A DNA stretch of 64,000 nt from an uncultured Candidatus Saccharibacteria bacterium (GCA_964607415.1 CAZSKK010000002.1:9991-73990); one strand, 5' to 3'; shown: positions 51,503-61,123, counted from the first letter of the stretch. Numbers and translations: made by a program. Notes: a model not told the origin generated them from the sequence alone.

Positions 51503-52786
51503 CGTTGCTATTTCTTTGGCTTTTTCCAATTGCGGATCCGTTCCCTTGTTAAAGTCATCTTGCGTGTAATCTACTTCAAAATCCGGCTTTACAGGGCTTT
51601 CTTTAGTTATGTTATTGCCATTTGGTGTAAGCCATTTTTGAAATACAAGTAGTAACATACTCCCATCCTCAAAATCATCTAGTATTATCTGCTCTACCCC
51701 TTTCCCAACTGTAGGCATTCCTACAAGCTTTCCCCTATTATTTTCAGAAATTGCAGTCGCAAAAATTTCAGATGCAGAAGCACTTCCTTGATTTACCATA
51801 ACGACAACGGGAACATCTTCAAACCGTCCTACTCTAAAATCTTTATATATTTTAGGATCTTGGTTTTTTATCTGTTCAGACATCAATGTAGTTCCATTAG
51901 TCAGAAACTCTTCCAATGTATGCCTAACGCTTACAACGAAGCCACCAGGGTTATTTCTTAGGTCAATAATAATATTTGTAGGCTTGCCCTTAGCTAAAAT
52001 TTCATTTACTACTTCATCCCAGGAATCATTAAATTTATCTGGCGATTCATCACTAAACTGAGAAATATCAATTAAAATTTGTCCATTACCAAGATCTTTC
52101 CAGGTTACATTATCAATATCAATTTTTTCTCTAGTTATTTCAAATTCTTTTATTTCCCCATTAGAGTTTTCTGATGCTCTGAAAAGTTTTAATTTTACGT
52201 TAGTTCCTTCTTTCCCTCTAATCTTTGTAGCAACAATTTGAGGTTGTTTACCCTGCTGATCTTCTCCATCCACTTCTAAAATTGTGTCCCCAACTTTTAT
52301 ACCATTTCTCTGCGCTGGGAATCCTTCTAGAACTGTTTCAACATAAGTGTTCTCGCCGTCGAATGCTAGAGTAACACCTATACCTTCAAAGTCACCTGTA
52401 CGGCCTTCTAAATATACTTTAGCCTCTTCAGGGGTTAGGTAAGTTGTGTATGGATCGTTTAAAGAGTTTATAATGCCTTTTATAGCTCCGTAGTTTAATT
52501 CTTTGTTAGTTGGAAGCTCATTTATATAGATTTGTTTTAAATAGCTGTAAACTTGTTCTAAAGAGCCTGAATTTAGAAATTCTAAGTCTACCTGTGTTGT
52601 TTCTACAGTTGTTTCAGGATCTTTTGATTTTAGACTTATCCAATCAGGGAATTTAATTACTAGTACACCTAGTACAAAACCTGCAAGCACGGAAGCAGTG
52701 ACTACAAATGGTAAAGCAGTCCCGAATTTTTTAAATTCGGGACTGCTTTTGTCCTTATCTTGTTTAAAAGAATTCTTTTTAGTCAT
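51497..52786 (-). CDS. ctpA: S41 C-terminal processing protease
   Basis: DPYT, FEGIG PDZ, IDLRNNPGG, SASASEI, GKG. Confidence 0.93.
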   Translation of the reverse strand: MTKKNSFKQDKDKSSPEFKKFGTALPFVVTASVLAGFVLGVLVIKFPDWISLKSKDPETTVETTQVDLEFLNSGSLEQVYSYLKQIYINELPTNKELNYGAIKGIINSLNDPYTTYLTPEEAKVYLEGRTGDFEGIGVTLAFDGENTYVETVLEGFPAQRNGIKVGDTILEVDGEDQQGKQPQIVATKIRGKEGTNVKLKLFRASENSNGEIKEFEITREKIDIDNVTWKDLGNGQILIDISQFSDESPDKFNDSWDEVVNEILAKGKPTNIIIDLRNNPGGFVVSVRHTLEEFLTNGTTLMSEQIKNQDPKIYKDFRVGRFEDVPVVVMVNQGSASASEIFATAISENNRGKLVGMPTVGKGVEQIILDDFEDGSMLLLVFQKWLTPNGNNITKESPVKPDFEVDYTQDDFNKGTDPQLEKAKEIATL

Positions 52787-52800
52787 TCTAAGAGTGTTAG

Positions 52801-53049
52801 TTACACGTATTGAGTGTATGGAAGCAAAGCTACCTGCCTTGCTCTCTTAATTGAAAGTGCAAGTTTTCTTTGGCATTTTGCAGATACCCCAGTTTTAGTT
52901 ACTGGTCTTATTCTACCCCTTGTTGTAATGTACTTTTTTAATGTTTGCACATCTTTGTAGTCGATTCTTGAAGAATCTCCATCAAAAGGACATTTTATGC
53001 CTAATTGCTTTGCAGTTTTTTCTTTTACTTTCTTTTTTGCAACTGCCAT
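52801..53049 (-). CDS. rpsR: 30S ribosomal protein S18
   Basis: [24 protein letters not shown]; real start MAVAKK at 53049. Confidence 0.95.
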   Translation of the reverse strand: MAVAKKKVKEKTAKQLGIKCPFDGDSSRIDYKDVQTLKKYITTRGRIRPVTKTGVSAKCQRKLALSIKRARQVALLPYTQYV

Positions 53050-53064
53050 ATATAAAAAGTTATT

Positions 53065-53152
53065 CCACATGCCTCTCCTAAGAATGCATAATGCATTCAA
53101 ATGCAGTTAATTAGCTACACTCAACAGCACAATGTGCTGTTTCGAGGTGTGG
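53065..53152 (-). repeat. four-way-junction dispersed element, copy 2
   Basis: Homologous to 29276-29350; fills most of the ssb-rpsR spacer. Confidence 0.8.
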
Positions 53153-53168
53153 TTTATAAAATAATTAA

Positions 53169-53651
53169 TTAAAATAATTCTTTACTATCGAATTCTTCAT
53201 CAGACACCTCTTCTGAAGAATAATCTTCAGATGGAGCATTTTCCTCCGAAACTACTGGAGTTTCTGTAGCATCTGGCTCACCTTCAATACTGCCTGCGCC
53301 TTTCTTGTCCTTAGAATTTAACAAAACCATATCGTTAAGCTTAATTTCTGTTCTGTAAATTTTCTTTCCTGTTTCTTCTTCTTCCTTAACTCTTGTTCTT
53401 AACTCTCCCTCAACATAAACCAACATTCCTACTGATAAAACTTGTACACAAATTTCAGCTAATTTATTAAATGCTACAATATTATGAAATTCAGCTTTTT
53501 CTTGAACATTTCCTGAAGCGTCCTTCCACATAGAGTTTGTAGCAATTCCGAAAGTGCAGACTTTAACTCCGTTTCCGGTTTCTTTTAAGCTAGGATCTCT
53601 TGTTAAATTTCCTATCAGCATAACTTTATTTAGTGATCTTGCCTTTGCCAT
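53169..53651 (-). CDS. ssb: single-stranded DNA-binding protein
   Basis: LNKVMLIGNLTRDP, VYVEGELRTR, acidic tail. Confidence 0.96.
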   Translation of the reverse strand: MAKARSLNKVMLIGNLTRDPSLKETGNGVKVCTFGIATNSMWKDASGNVQEKAEFHNIVAFNKLAEICVQVLSVGMLVYVEGELRTRVKEEEETGKKIYRTEIKLNDMVLLNSKDKKGAGSIEGEPDATETPVVSEENAPSEDYSSEEVSDEEFDSKELF

Positions 53652-53688
53652 TGTCTTTTTTGCTAAAAAATAAAACTTAAAATAAAAA

Positions 53689-53979
53689 TTAAAGCTCTTC
53701 TTCTTTCACTAAAAGATATCTCAAAACCTCATCTGTCAAATTCAGAGTTTTTTCGATTTCTTTCGTTTCAGCAGGATTAGCTTCCAAGGTGAATAGAACA
53801 TAGTAACCTTCTTTATATTTTTTTATAGGATATGCAAGAAGTCTTTTACCCATAAGCTCCTTAAGCTCTAATTTAGCTTTATGATCTGCGAGCTTTTTTT
53901 CAAGCTTCTTCATTACCTTCTCTTTGATATCTTCTACCAACAAAGGCTTTAGCACAACCATTAATTCATATTTTTGCAT
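53689..53979 (-). CDS. rpsF: 30S ribosomal protein S6
   Basis: YELMVVL, GKRLLAYPIKK, VLRYL. Confidence 0.95.
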   Translation of the reverse strand: MQKYELMVVLKPLLVEDIKEKVMKKLEKKLADHKAKLELKELMGKRLLAYPIKKYKEGYYVLFTLEANPAETKEIEKTLNLTDEVLRYLLVKEEEL

Positions 53980-54120
53980 TTATGGTTTCAATTAATAACT
54001 AAAAGTCAGTTTGAATTATAATATAAAAATATCCTGTTATCAATTGATTATAGAAAAACCCTCCAACCTGCTTCTCTGTCTTCCTCCTTTTTTTATAAAG
54101 CCGAGAAATTAACAAGGGGT

Positions 54121-54726
54121 TCAATCGAATTCTGCTCTGCTTTTTAAGGAATCTACAATCGTTTGTTGTGACACAAATTCTAAATCACTGCCCACAGGAA
54201 TTCCTTTTGCAAGTCTTGTGATTTTCACATCAGCATTAATCTTATTTATTTGGGCTTTAATATACATGCTTGTAGAATCTCCTTCAACATTAGGATTTAA
54301 GCCTAAAATAATTTCACTAGGTTGAAGTTCTGAAATTCTTTTAAACAAGCTATCCAAGTTTATATCATTTGGTCCTATGCCATTAATTGGAGAAATAACT
54401 CCGTTCAAAACATGATATAAACCATGGAATTCTTTAGTTGACTCAATACTATAAAGATCAAGTGCATCTTCTACAACAAAGAAAATATCCTTTTTTCTTG
54501 TGTCATCAGAACAAATTTCACAAATTTCTGAAGTGGTGACATTTCCACATTCAATACAAGTTCTAATTTTTGAACTTACATCAACTAGTGAATTAGCGAG
54601 GTTAATTGCTTGTTTCTTACCACCTACTGAAAGATACATTGCCAATCGATTGGACATCTTAGGGCCAATTCCTGGCAATGAATTCAAAGCGTCGCTTAAA
54701 TTTACAATCTCTTTAGGTGTATTCAT
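54121..54726 (-). CDS. recR: recombination mediator RecR
   Basis: LPGIGPK, CxxC..CxxC, YHVLNG.ISP, EGDST. Confidence 0.96.
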   Translation of the reverse strand: MNTPKEIVNLSDALNSLPGIGPKMSNRLAMYLSVGGKKQAINLANSLVDVSSKIRTCIECGNVTTSEICEICSDDTRKKDIFFVVEDALDLYSIESTKEFHGLYHVLNGVISPINGIGPNDINLDSLFKRISELQPSEIILGLNPNVEGDSTSMYIKAQINKINADVKITRLAKGIPVGSDLEFVSQQTIVDSLKSRAEFD

Positions 54727-55043
54727 TAGCTTAATAAATCCTTCAAATCGTCGAGACTTGTTGCAGATGCCATCTGCTTTTCCAGCTGTTTTTTAGCATC
54801 TTTCAAAGCTTCCTTGACGTTTTTCTTTAATAAATCAGCAATTTTTTGAAGATCTTTTTCTGAAAGTTCAAGCTGAAGTTCATCTTTAAGTTTTTCTTCA
54901 GAAACTTCCACTTCCGTTACTTCGTAAAGACCATTCATTAATAAAGCAAGGCTTCCTGACTGACCCGCAACTTCTAGCTGCTCCATTTTCTTTTTTGCCT
55001 GTCTTGCCTTCTGAATCATTTTTGTTGTGTCCATTAAACCCAT
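54726..55043 (-). CDS. ybaB: YbaB/EbfC nucleoid-associated protein
   Basis: Between dnaX and recR; typical size and helical pattern. Confidence 0.75.
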   Translation of the reverse strand: MGLMDTTKMIQKARQAKKKMEQLEVAGQSGSLALLMNGLYEVTEVEVSEEKLKDELQLELSEKDLQKIADLLKKNVKEALKDAKKQLEKQMASATSLDDLKDLLS

Positions 55044-55138
55044 ATTTAGAAATTTTAAAAGTTAAATGCACAAGTCAATTATTGTCTATAGTCAATGGTT
55101 CATAGTATCACTATTGACCATTAGCTATTAACCAGGAA

Positions 55139-56602
55139 CTATAATAGTCCTTCTACCACCGAACTATTGTCTACACTTTCTTTCTTAGAATCTAAACTCA
55201 AACTATTTACTTTTTCTTTATCCATTATAACCTGCAAACCAGAGATTTTTGTAATAGATTGCTTTAATAAATCAAGAAACTTTTGTTTCCTTTCAGAATC
55301 ACTAATGTATGTATAATCGTGCTTGTGTTTAACGTAAACATAAATAACACCTTCTTTAAGCTCAATAACCGAAGCTTCAAGCTTGATAGAAAATCCAAGA
55401 TCAATCTTCTTTGCATTTTCAAAAATAGCATTTAAAATATCTTTACTAAGATTATCTTCCAACGTTTTATCAGATAAAATAATTTCTTCAACTATCACTT
55501 CTGAAATTTGTTCTTTTCTAGATGGTTGAGCGATCATCTCTTGCATTACTTTATTTTGCGATGAATTTGATACGTTTGTATTTTGACAAAGTTTTATAAA
55601 AGCTATTTGCAACAAGAGAGTTTTATCGTTAAAAAACCTCATCTGGTTTTTTACATCCACAAGTTCCTTAACAATAATGAAAATTCTTGAATTTGTTTTA
55701 CCAGACTCAATATTTTTAACAAGTATATCTCTGAAAATATCTAATAGTTGATCTAAAAAGAACTGTAAATCTATACTTTGGTCAAAAATCTTTTTAGTAA
55801 ACTCATTCATTCTTTGAAGATTTGACTCAATCAAAATTTCTGCGCATTCATTCAAAATATCCTGCGAGATCAATCCTAATGAATTAACAACAATATCCAA
55901 AGTAACATTTTTATCTTTTGAAGACGATAGGACTTTCGATAATAAACTTTCTGCATCTCTAAAACTTCCACCAGAATATTTATATAATGCATCAAGTGCT
56001 GAATCTTCATATTTAAACTCCTCTGCTTCTAAAATTTTAATGAGCTTAAATTTCATTTCAGAGTTTGTTGCAAGTCTAAAATCATACCTTTGGACTCTAG
56101 ATAAAATTGTAACTGGTATTTTATGAGCTTCCGTTGTTGCCAGAATAAAAATTACATGGCTAGGAGGTTCTTCCAAAGTCTTTAAAAGTGCATTAAAAGC
56201 ATCTTTAGTAAGCATGTGAGCCTCGTCAATGATGTAGACTTTGTATTTTAAATTATTTGGCAGAAAATTTATTTTATCTTTTATATCTCTAATTTCTTCA
56301 ATACCTCTATTGGATGCAGCGTCCATTTCAATAATATCTAGGCTTGCATTTGATGCTATTTCTTTACATGAGTTACATTCGTTACAAACGTCAGAATGAA
56401 TTTGAAAATTTTCGCAGTTAACTGCTTTAGCTAGAATCCTGGCAACTGTCGTTTTTCCAGTTCCTCTAGGACCACAAAGAAGATATGCATGAGCAATATT
56501 TGTGGAAGAAACGGAATTTCTTAAAATATCAGTAATATGCTTCTGGCCAACAACCTCTGCAAAGCTATTAGACCTGTATTTTCTATATAGTACTGCGTCC
56601 AT
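55139..56602 (-). CDS. dnaX: DNA polymerase III subunit gamma/tau
   Basis: LYRKYR, GPRGTGKTT, EMDAASNRG, IDEAHML, NALLKTLEEPP. Confidence 0.97.
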   Translation of the reverse strand: MDAVLYRKYRSNSFAEVVGQKHITDILRNSVSSTNIAHAYLLCGPRGTGKTTVARILAKAVNCENFQIHSDVCNECNSCKEIASNASLDIIEMDAASNRGIEEIRDIKDKINFLPNNLKYKVYIIDEAHMLTKDAFNALLKTLEEPPSHVIFILATTEAHKIPVTILSRVQRYDFRLATNSEMKFKLIKILEAEEFKYEDSALDALYKYSGGSFRDAESLLSKVLSSSKDKNVTLDIVVNSLGLISQDILNECAEILIESNLQRMNEFTKKIFDQSIDLQFFLDQLLDIFRDILVKNIESGKTNSRIFIIVKELVDVKNQMRFFNDKTLLLQIAFIKLCQNTNVSNSSQNKVMQEMIAQPSRKEQISEVIVEEIILSDKTLEDNLSKDILNAIFENAKKIDLGFSIKLEASVIELKEGVIYVYVKHKHDYTYISDSERKQKFLDLLKQSITKISGLQVIMDKEKVNSLSLDSKKESVDNSSVVEGLL

Positions 56603-56654
56603 TTTTACGCTGATATATTAAGGGTTTAATTATTTCTTTTTAGAAATTGAAGAA

Positions 56655-56861
56655 TTATTTAGATTTGTTTCTTCTTGCTGCAGCTCTTCTTCTTCTTTTA
56701 GTCTTTGCCCAAATCTTATTTTTCTCGTGCCTTAATGTTGTAGGCGAAACATAATATCTTCTTTTTTGAAGTTTTTCTATAACACCTTCTCTAGTAGCTT
56801 CTCTCCAAAGAAGTCTTAAGCCAAGGTCTATTGGTGTGTTGTCGTTTACTATAACTGACAT
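56655..56861 (-). CDS. rpsU: 30S ribosomal protein S21
   Basis: 68 aa, basic; IDLGLR, RRYYVSP. Confidence 0.8.
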   Translation of the reverse strand: MSVIVNDNTPIDLGLRLLWREATREGVIEKLQKRRYYVSPTTLRHEKNKIWAKTKRRRRAAARRNKSK

Positions 56862-57091
56862 ATTGAATAGAATTAAACAAACTTAAATTAGAAACGAAAT
56901 AATTGTAGCACGAAAATTAAGAAAATGAATACAAAATTATGCTTTAATAACAAAGTTCACTTTCCTTGCCTAAGTGCTTCGGCTCGCAGGCAGGAAGCAT
57001 TCAAAATTTTCAAGTTACAAGCATCAATTTTCAACTAAGTTAAATGAAAATTTGTACTTGTTTTGAAAGCTTTAATGTTTGCCTTATCTGA

Positions 57092-58504
57092 TCATCTTCC
57101 TACAACACTCCTAACAAACTCTCCTACCGAATCAATCCATCCCAACTGTACTACATCTTTTATGGTTACAAATATTGAAAATGCAATCAAAATTGTAAAT
57201 CCACTCATGTTGATTAAATTCAAAATTTTATCCGGGATTCTTTTCCTACTTATTGATTCAACTATAGCAATTGCAAGCTGACCACCATCTAAAGCCGGAA
57301 AAGGTAGAATGTTTGCAGTGGCTAAAGCTATGCTCACCAATGCTGTTAAAGGGATTAAAAAACTAAAAGCTTGAAAATCGACAACTTGCCCTACTTCTTC
57401 CCCAAGCCTTGGAACCCCTCCCACGGCATCTGAAACCTGATTATAATCACCTGTTTTAAATGCATCGCTAATAAGTCCGCCAAGAACTTTTAGCTGATAG
57501 ATACTCAAATCAAATGTAAGAGAAGTTCCATTTAAAATATTCTTATTATATGAAAGAAAGTAACTTTCTTTATTTGATGCAGTGTCATAACTTACACCTA
57601 AGCCTAAACCATAACTTAATCTTGCATAAAGCAGCTGACCCTGATCGTTTCTTTGACCTAGTTTTAAAAGCCTATTTTCTATGGTTCCATCCTCTTTAAG
57701 CATTTGAAAGTTCACCTCTGAATTTTGATATTGATCTACTGTTGCAGTAAAGTCTTCAAAACTTGTAAAAAACTTGGAATCAACCCCAATGATAGCATCT
57801 CCCGGTTTTAAGTACTGAAGCATATCCTGAGAAACAACTTCTTCTACTGTTATTGGAAAATAACCATCGTTCGTTAAGAAATTTACATTAAACGTTTCTT
57901 TTGTTGTTTTAAAAGTATCTAAATCTAAGACCTCAAATTCTGTATCCTGATTTAAATTTCTATAAATTTTATTCTGAAAATCTTCAAACGATTCAATCTT
58001 TTGATTATTGATACTAACAATAGTTTTATCCGTTAGTGATTGATCCCATTTTCTGTCTTCTTCTACCTCTAAAATGGAAATTGGAAAGTAACTATTTTGT
58101 GACGAAACATTTGAGAAATTATAATTCGAATAGTTAGGAAGTATAAACTTAGAGCCAGTTGCAAACAAAAATATTGTTAAGAATATACACGCAAATATAA
58201 AATTCATTCCCACTCCTGCCACCAAAATCAAAGCCTTAGCCCATAAAGGCTTTCTTCTAAAACTTCCTGGTCCCGTATCTTCTCGTTCTCCTTCAAGTTG
58301 AACGTAACCTCCCAGTGGAATTGTACAAATCTTATACTTTGTGCCTTTATAAGATTTAGAAAAAATGGCATTACCAAATCCTATTGCAAATTCGTGTACA
58401 TGTACTCCGACTGCTTTTGCAGCCAAAAAATGACCCAGTTCATGGATAAAAACTAGAAACCCCAAAATCAAAATTAGGAAAAATAGTGTTAATAGGAAGT
58501 TCAT
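57092..58504 (-). CDS. rseP: site-2 membrane metalloprotease RseP (M50) with PDZ-like region
   Basis: HELGH, FAIGFG, IPLGGYV, NILPFPALDGG. Confidence 0.93.
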   Translation of the reverse strand: MNFLLTLFFLILILGFLVFIHELGHFLAAKAVGVHVHEFAIGFGNAIFSKSYKGTKYKICTIPLGGYVQLEGEREDTGPGSFRRKPLWAKALILVAGVGMNFIFACIFLTIFLFATGSKFILPNYSNYNFSNVSSQNSYFPISILEVEEDRKWDQSLTDKTIVSINNQKIESFEDFQNKIYRNLNQDTEFEVLDLDTFKTTKETFNVNFLTNDGYFPITVEEVVSQDMLQYLKPGDAIIGVDSKFFTSFEDFTATVDQYQNSEVNFQMLKEDGTIENRLLKLGQRNDQGQLLYARLSYGLGLGVSYDTASNKESYFLSYNKNILNGTSLTFDLSIYQLKVLGGLISDAFKTGDYNQVSDAVGGVPRLGEEVGQVVDFQAFSFLIPLTALVSIALATANILPFPALDGGQLAIAIVESISRKRIPDKILNLINMSGFTILIAFSIFVTIKDVVQLGWIDSVGEFVRSVVGR

Positions 58505-58507
58505 ATT

Positions 58508-59053
58508 TTAAATTTTAAGAATTTCCTGCTCTTTTTGTGAAGCAATTTTATCTAAATCAGCAATTTGATTATCAACAACTTCTTGAAGCTTTTTTGTATC
58601 TCGTTCTTGTTCGTCTTCTGAAACACCTGTTGCTGCTTCAATTTTTTCTTTAAACTTTTGTCTTAGTTGCCTTATTGAAACTTTTGCTTTTTCTAAAAGT
58701 TCGCCTAATTCCTTAACTCTTTCTTTTCTATCTTCTTCACTTACTGGATTAAATTTTAATCTAATAAAACCTGAGTCCATAATCACATTTGCACCAATAT
58801 TTGCTTCTCTTAAAGCTTTTTCTACATTTGGCATTACGTTTTTATCCCAGATATTAACTTTTACACTAACTGCATCTTCAACAACAATATTGCTTAAAGC
58901 TGTAAGCTTGTTCATTGCACCATAAGCTTCAACCATAATATTATCAAAAAGTTCCATGGTTGCTCTACCCGTTCGTAGTTTTTTTAATTCACTATTAAAA
59001 TGATCTACGATTCCTTGTGCATCACTTTTGAACTGTTGTTCGTTGAAAAGCAT
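58508..59053 (-). CDS. frr: ribosome recycling factor
   Basis: LRTGRA, VEAYG, EEDRKE, KVSIRQLR. Confidence 0.95.
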   Translation of the reverse strand: MLFNEQQFKSDAQGIVDHFNSELKKLRTGRATMELFDNIMVEAYGAMNKLTALSNIVVEDAVSVKVNIWDKNVMPNVEKALREANIGANVIMDSGFIRLKFNPVSEEDRKERVKELGELLEKAKVSIRQLRQKFKEKIEAATGVSEDEQERDTKKLQEVVDNQIADLDKIASQKEQEILKI

Positions 59054-59096
59054 ATTTGAAAAAAGTTAAAAGTTAAATGTAGAAAGTAAAAAGTTC

Positions 59097-59156
59097 GTTA
59101 TGAGTTATGGGTTTTGAGTTATGAGTTTGTGTTAACTCATAACCCATTACCCAATA
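59097..59156. repeat. heptamer tandem repeat followed by its inverted copies
   Basis: GTTATGA GTTATGG GTTTTGA GTTATGA ... AACTCAT AACCCAT TACCCAA. Confidence 0.7.
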
Positions 59157-59160
59157 CTGA

Positions 59161-59766
59161 TTACTGTTTTGCCATTACTGTCTCTTTCGCAACTTCAAAT
59201 CTTGCAAATTGAACAATTTCAATCTTCTCGCCTATTTTTGCAACCATTTCATCAAGGTAATCTTTTACAGTTTTTGAGTCGTCAACAAAAAGATCCTGTT
59301 TTAATAATACTATCTCTTTATAGAATTTCTCAAGTTTTCCTGAAAGAATTGTTTCTTGAATATTTTCTGGTTTGCCTTCAAGCTCTTTCATGTAAACTTC
59401 TTTTTCTGCATCAATAATTTGGCTATCAATATCCTCTACTTTTATGTATTTAGGGCTCATTGCAGCAACTTGAACTGCCATATCACTTGCAAATTTTTTC
59501 ATGTCATCGCTATTTGCAGCAAAGTCAGTTTCGCAGTCTACTTCAACAACAATCACTACTCTATTTGTTGGGTGAATGTATGTTCCAATAATACCATTAG
59601 ATGCTACTCTTTCTTTCCTTTTATCTGCTTTAGCAACACCTTTTTGTCTTAAAATTTTGATTGCTTCTTCCTGATTTCCATTTGCTTGCTCTAATGCTTC
59701 TCTTACAGCATTAAGTCCTGCGCCTGTCATCTCTCTTAATTGTTTTACTTGGTCTAGTGTTATCAT
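59161..59766 (-). CDS. tsf: elongation factor Ts (short form)
   Basis: VKQLREMTGAG, EVDCETDFAA, IGEKI...FARF. Confidence 0.96.
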   Translation of the reverse strand: MITLDQVKQLREMTGAGLNAVREALEQANGNQEEAIKILRQKGVAKADKRKERVASNGIIGTYIHPTNRVVIVVEVDCETDFAANSDDMKKFASDMAVQVAAMSPKYIKVEDIDSQIIDAEKEVYMKELEGKPENIQETILSGKLEKFYKEIVLLKQDLFVDDSKTVKDYLDEMVAKIGEKIEIVQFARFEVAKETVMAKQ

Positions 59767-59848
59767 ATTTTTTAGTTAATATTTAATAAATTAGATTCAG
59801 GAATTATGATTCAAGATTTAAGAATTCTTAATTCATGAATCGTGAATC

Positions 59849-60844
59849 TTACTTCTTACTACTCTTCTTTGTAGCTTTTCTTTTCTTCTCAGTTTCTTCC
59901 TGAACTCTCTCTAAAATCCCCTTTACTGCTTTGGATTTTGTAGCAGTTTTTTTAGGAGCAGTTGTTTGAACTTTTGGTTCACTTACAAATGCTTTAGCTT
60001 CTGCTTCAACTATTGCTTTAGCTTTTTCTTCTTCTAATGGCTCTTCTACCTTTGCAATTTTAACTTCTGCTTTTGCGTAGTCTTTAAGGTCATGTTTAAT
60101 ACCATTTCCGCCATTACCTGTTAAGACTGAATCTGCCAGGCATCCTACAATTAGTTCAAGAGTTTTTACTGCATCATCATTTGATGGAATTACATAGTCA
60201 GCTTTATCAGGATCGTTATTTGTATCAACAAGAGCAACAACAGGGATTCCTAGTTTTTTAGCTTCTCTGATTGCTCCCTTGTCATATTTAACATCAACAA
60301 CAACTACAGCTGTTGGTTTGCTTGCTAATAATTTTACTCCTGCGTAAAGTCTGTCTAATCTTTGCCATTCTTTCTTCATTCTAGAAATTTCGTACTTCGT
60401 TCTTCCTTCAACACCTTCTGTAAATGCTTGTTCAAGAGCTTTTAATTTATTCAAACTTCTTTTTACTTCTTCGAAGTTTGTAAGTAGTCCTCCTGCCCAT
60501 CTTTTATCAATAAAGAATGACCCCGATTTAATTGCGTTAGTTTTAATAATTTCTTGAGCTTGTTTTTTTGTTCCTACAAATAAAACCGGTCCTCTGCTTG
60601 CAGCTTCTACCAAGAATTCCGATGCTTTTTTAAGTGATTCAATTGTTTGTTCTGCATCAATAATGTGAATTCCGTTTTGAGCTTTGTAAATGAATTTCTT
60701 CATTTTAGGATTCCATCTTTGAGTTTCGTGTCCAAAGTGTGATCCTGCCTCTAGTAGGTCTTTTAGTGTAGGTAATTTAACTTTCTTTGGGGCTTTTTTT
60801 TCTACCGCAGCCTCTGCGTGAGTTGTTGAAGCGTCTGTCGCCAT
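59849..60844 (-). CDS. rpsB: 30S ribosomal protein S2 with Lys/Ala/Glu-rich C-terminal tail
   Basis: LLEAGSHFGH, WNPKM, RWAGGLLTN, VDTN, PSNDD. Confidence 0.97.
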   Translation of the reverse strand: MATDASTTHAEAAVEKKAPKKVKLPTLKDLLEAGSHFGHETQRWNPKMKKFIYKAQNGIHIIDAEQTIESLKKASEFLVEAASRGPVLFVGTKKQAQEIIKTNAIKSGSFFIDKRWAGGLLTNFEEVKRSLNKLKALEQAFTEGVEGRTKYEISRMKKEWQRLDRLYAGVKLLASKPTAVVVVDVKYDKGAIREAKKLGIPVVALVDTNNDPDKADYVIPSNDDAVKTLELIVGCLADSVLTGNGGNGIKHDLKDYAKAEVKIAKVEEPLEEEKAKAIVEAEAKAFVSEPKVQTTAPKKTATKSKAVKGILERVQEETEKKRKATKKSSKK

Positions 60845-60870
60845 TTCCTTAATAATAATAAATTAAATAT

Positions 60871-60922
60871 TCTTCCGAAGAATGCTCCCGTTTCCGGGTA
60901 GGAAAATTAATTCTTCGTGCTG
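60871..60922 (-). promoter_or_regulatory. putative rpsB (S2) leader RNA
   Basis: CAC-GAAGAAT...CCCG-GAAA-CGGG...ATTCTTC-GGAAG stem-loop in the rpsB 5' UTR. Confidence 0.55.
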
Positions 60923-61009
60923 GATTAAGAAAGATTATATCAGAACAGGTCAAGAAGTTAAAGAGTTGACGCGTTTACGGGTTAATCAGTTTGTCAATTC
61001 TATCAGGAC

Positions 61010-61035
61010 GTCATCCTGAACTTGTTTCAGGATCT
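61010..61035. repeat. short REP-like palindrome GTCATCCTGAACTTGTTTCAGGATCT
   Basis: ATCCTGAA/TTCAGGAT stem; shares GTCATCCTGA with the 49703 element and ATCCTGAAC with 29416. Confidence 0.7.
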
Positions 61036-61123
61036 AACTAAATTTTATTTACAAAATACAATTTACTATTTACTGACTACTCTTCTCTGCTATAATTCCG
61101 GAAATTAATTTTTCAAAAACAAT

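Noticed and set aside
53050-53100. N-terminal extension of S18 in the ORF track (and 62214-62267 for DUF559)
   Set aside because: These are read-through into the repeat element; better ATGs lie at 53049 and 62213.
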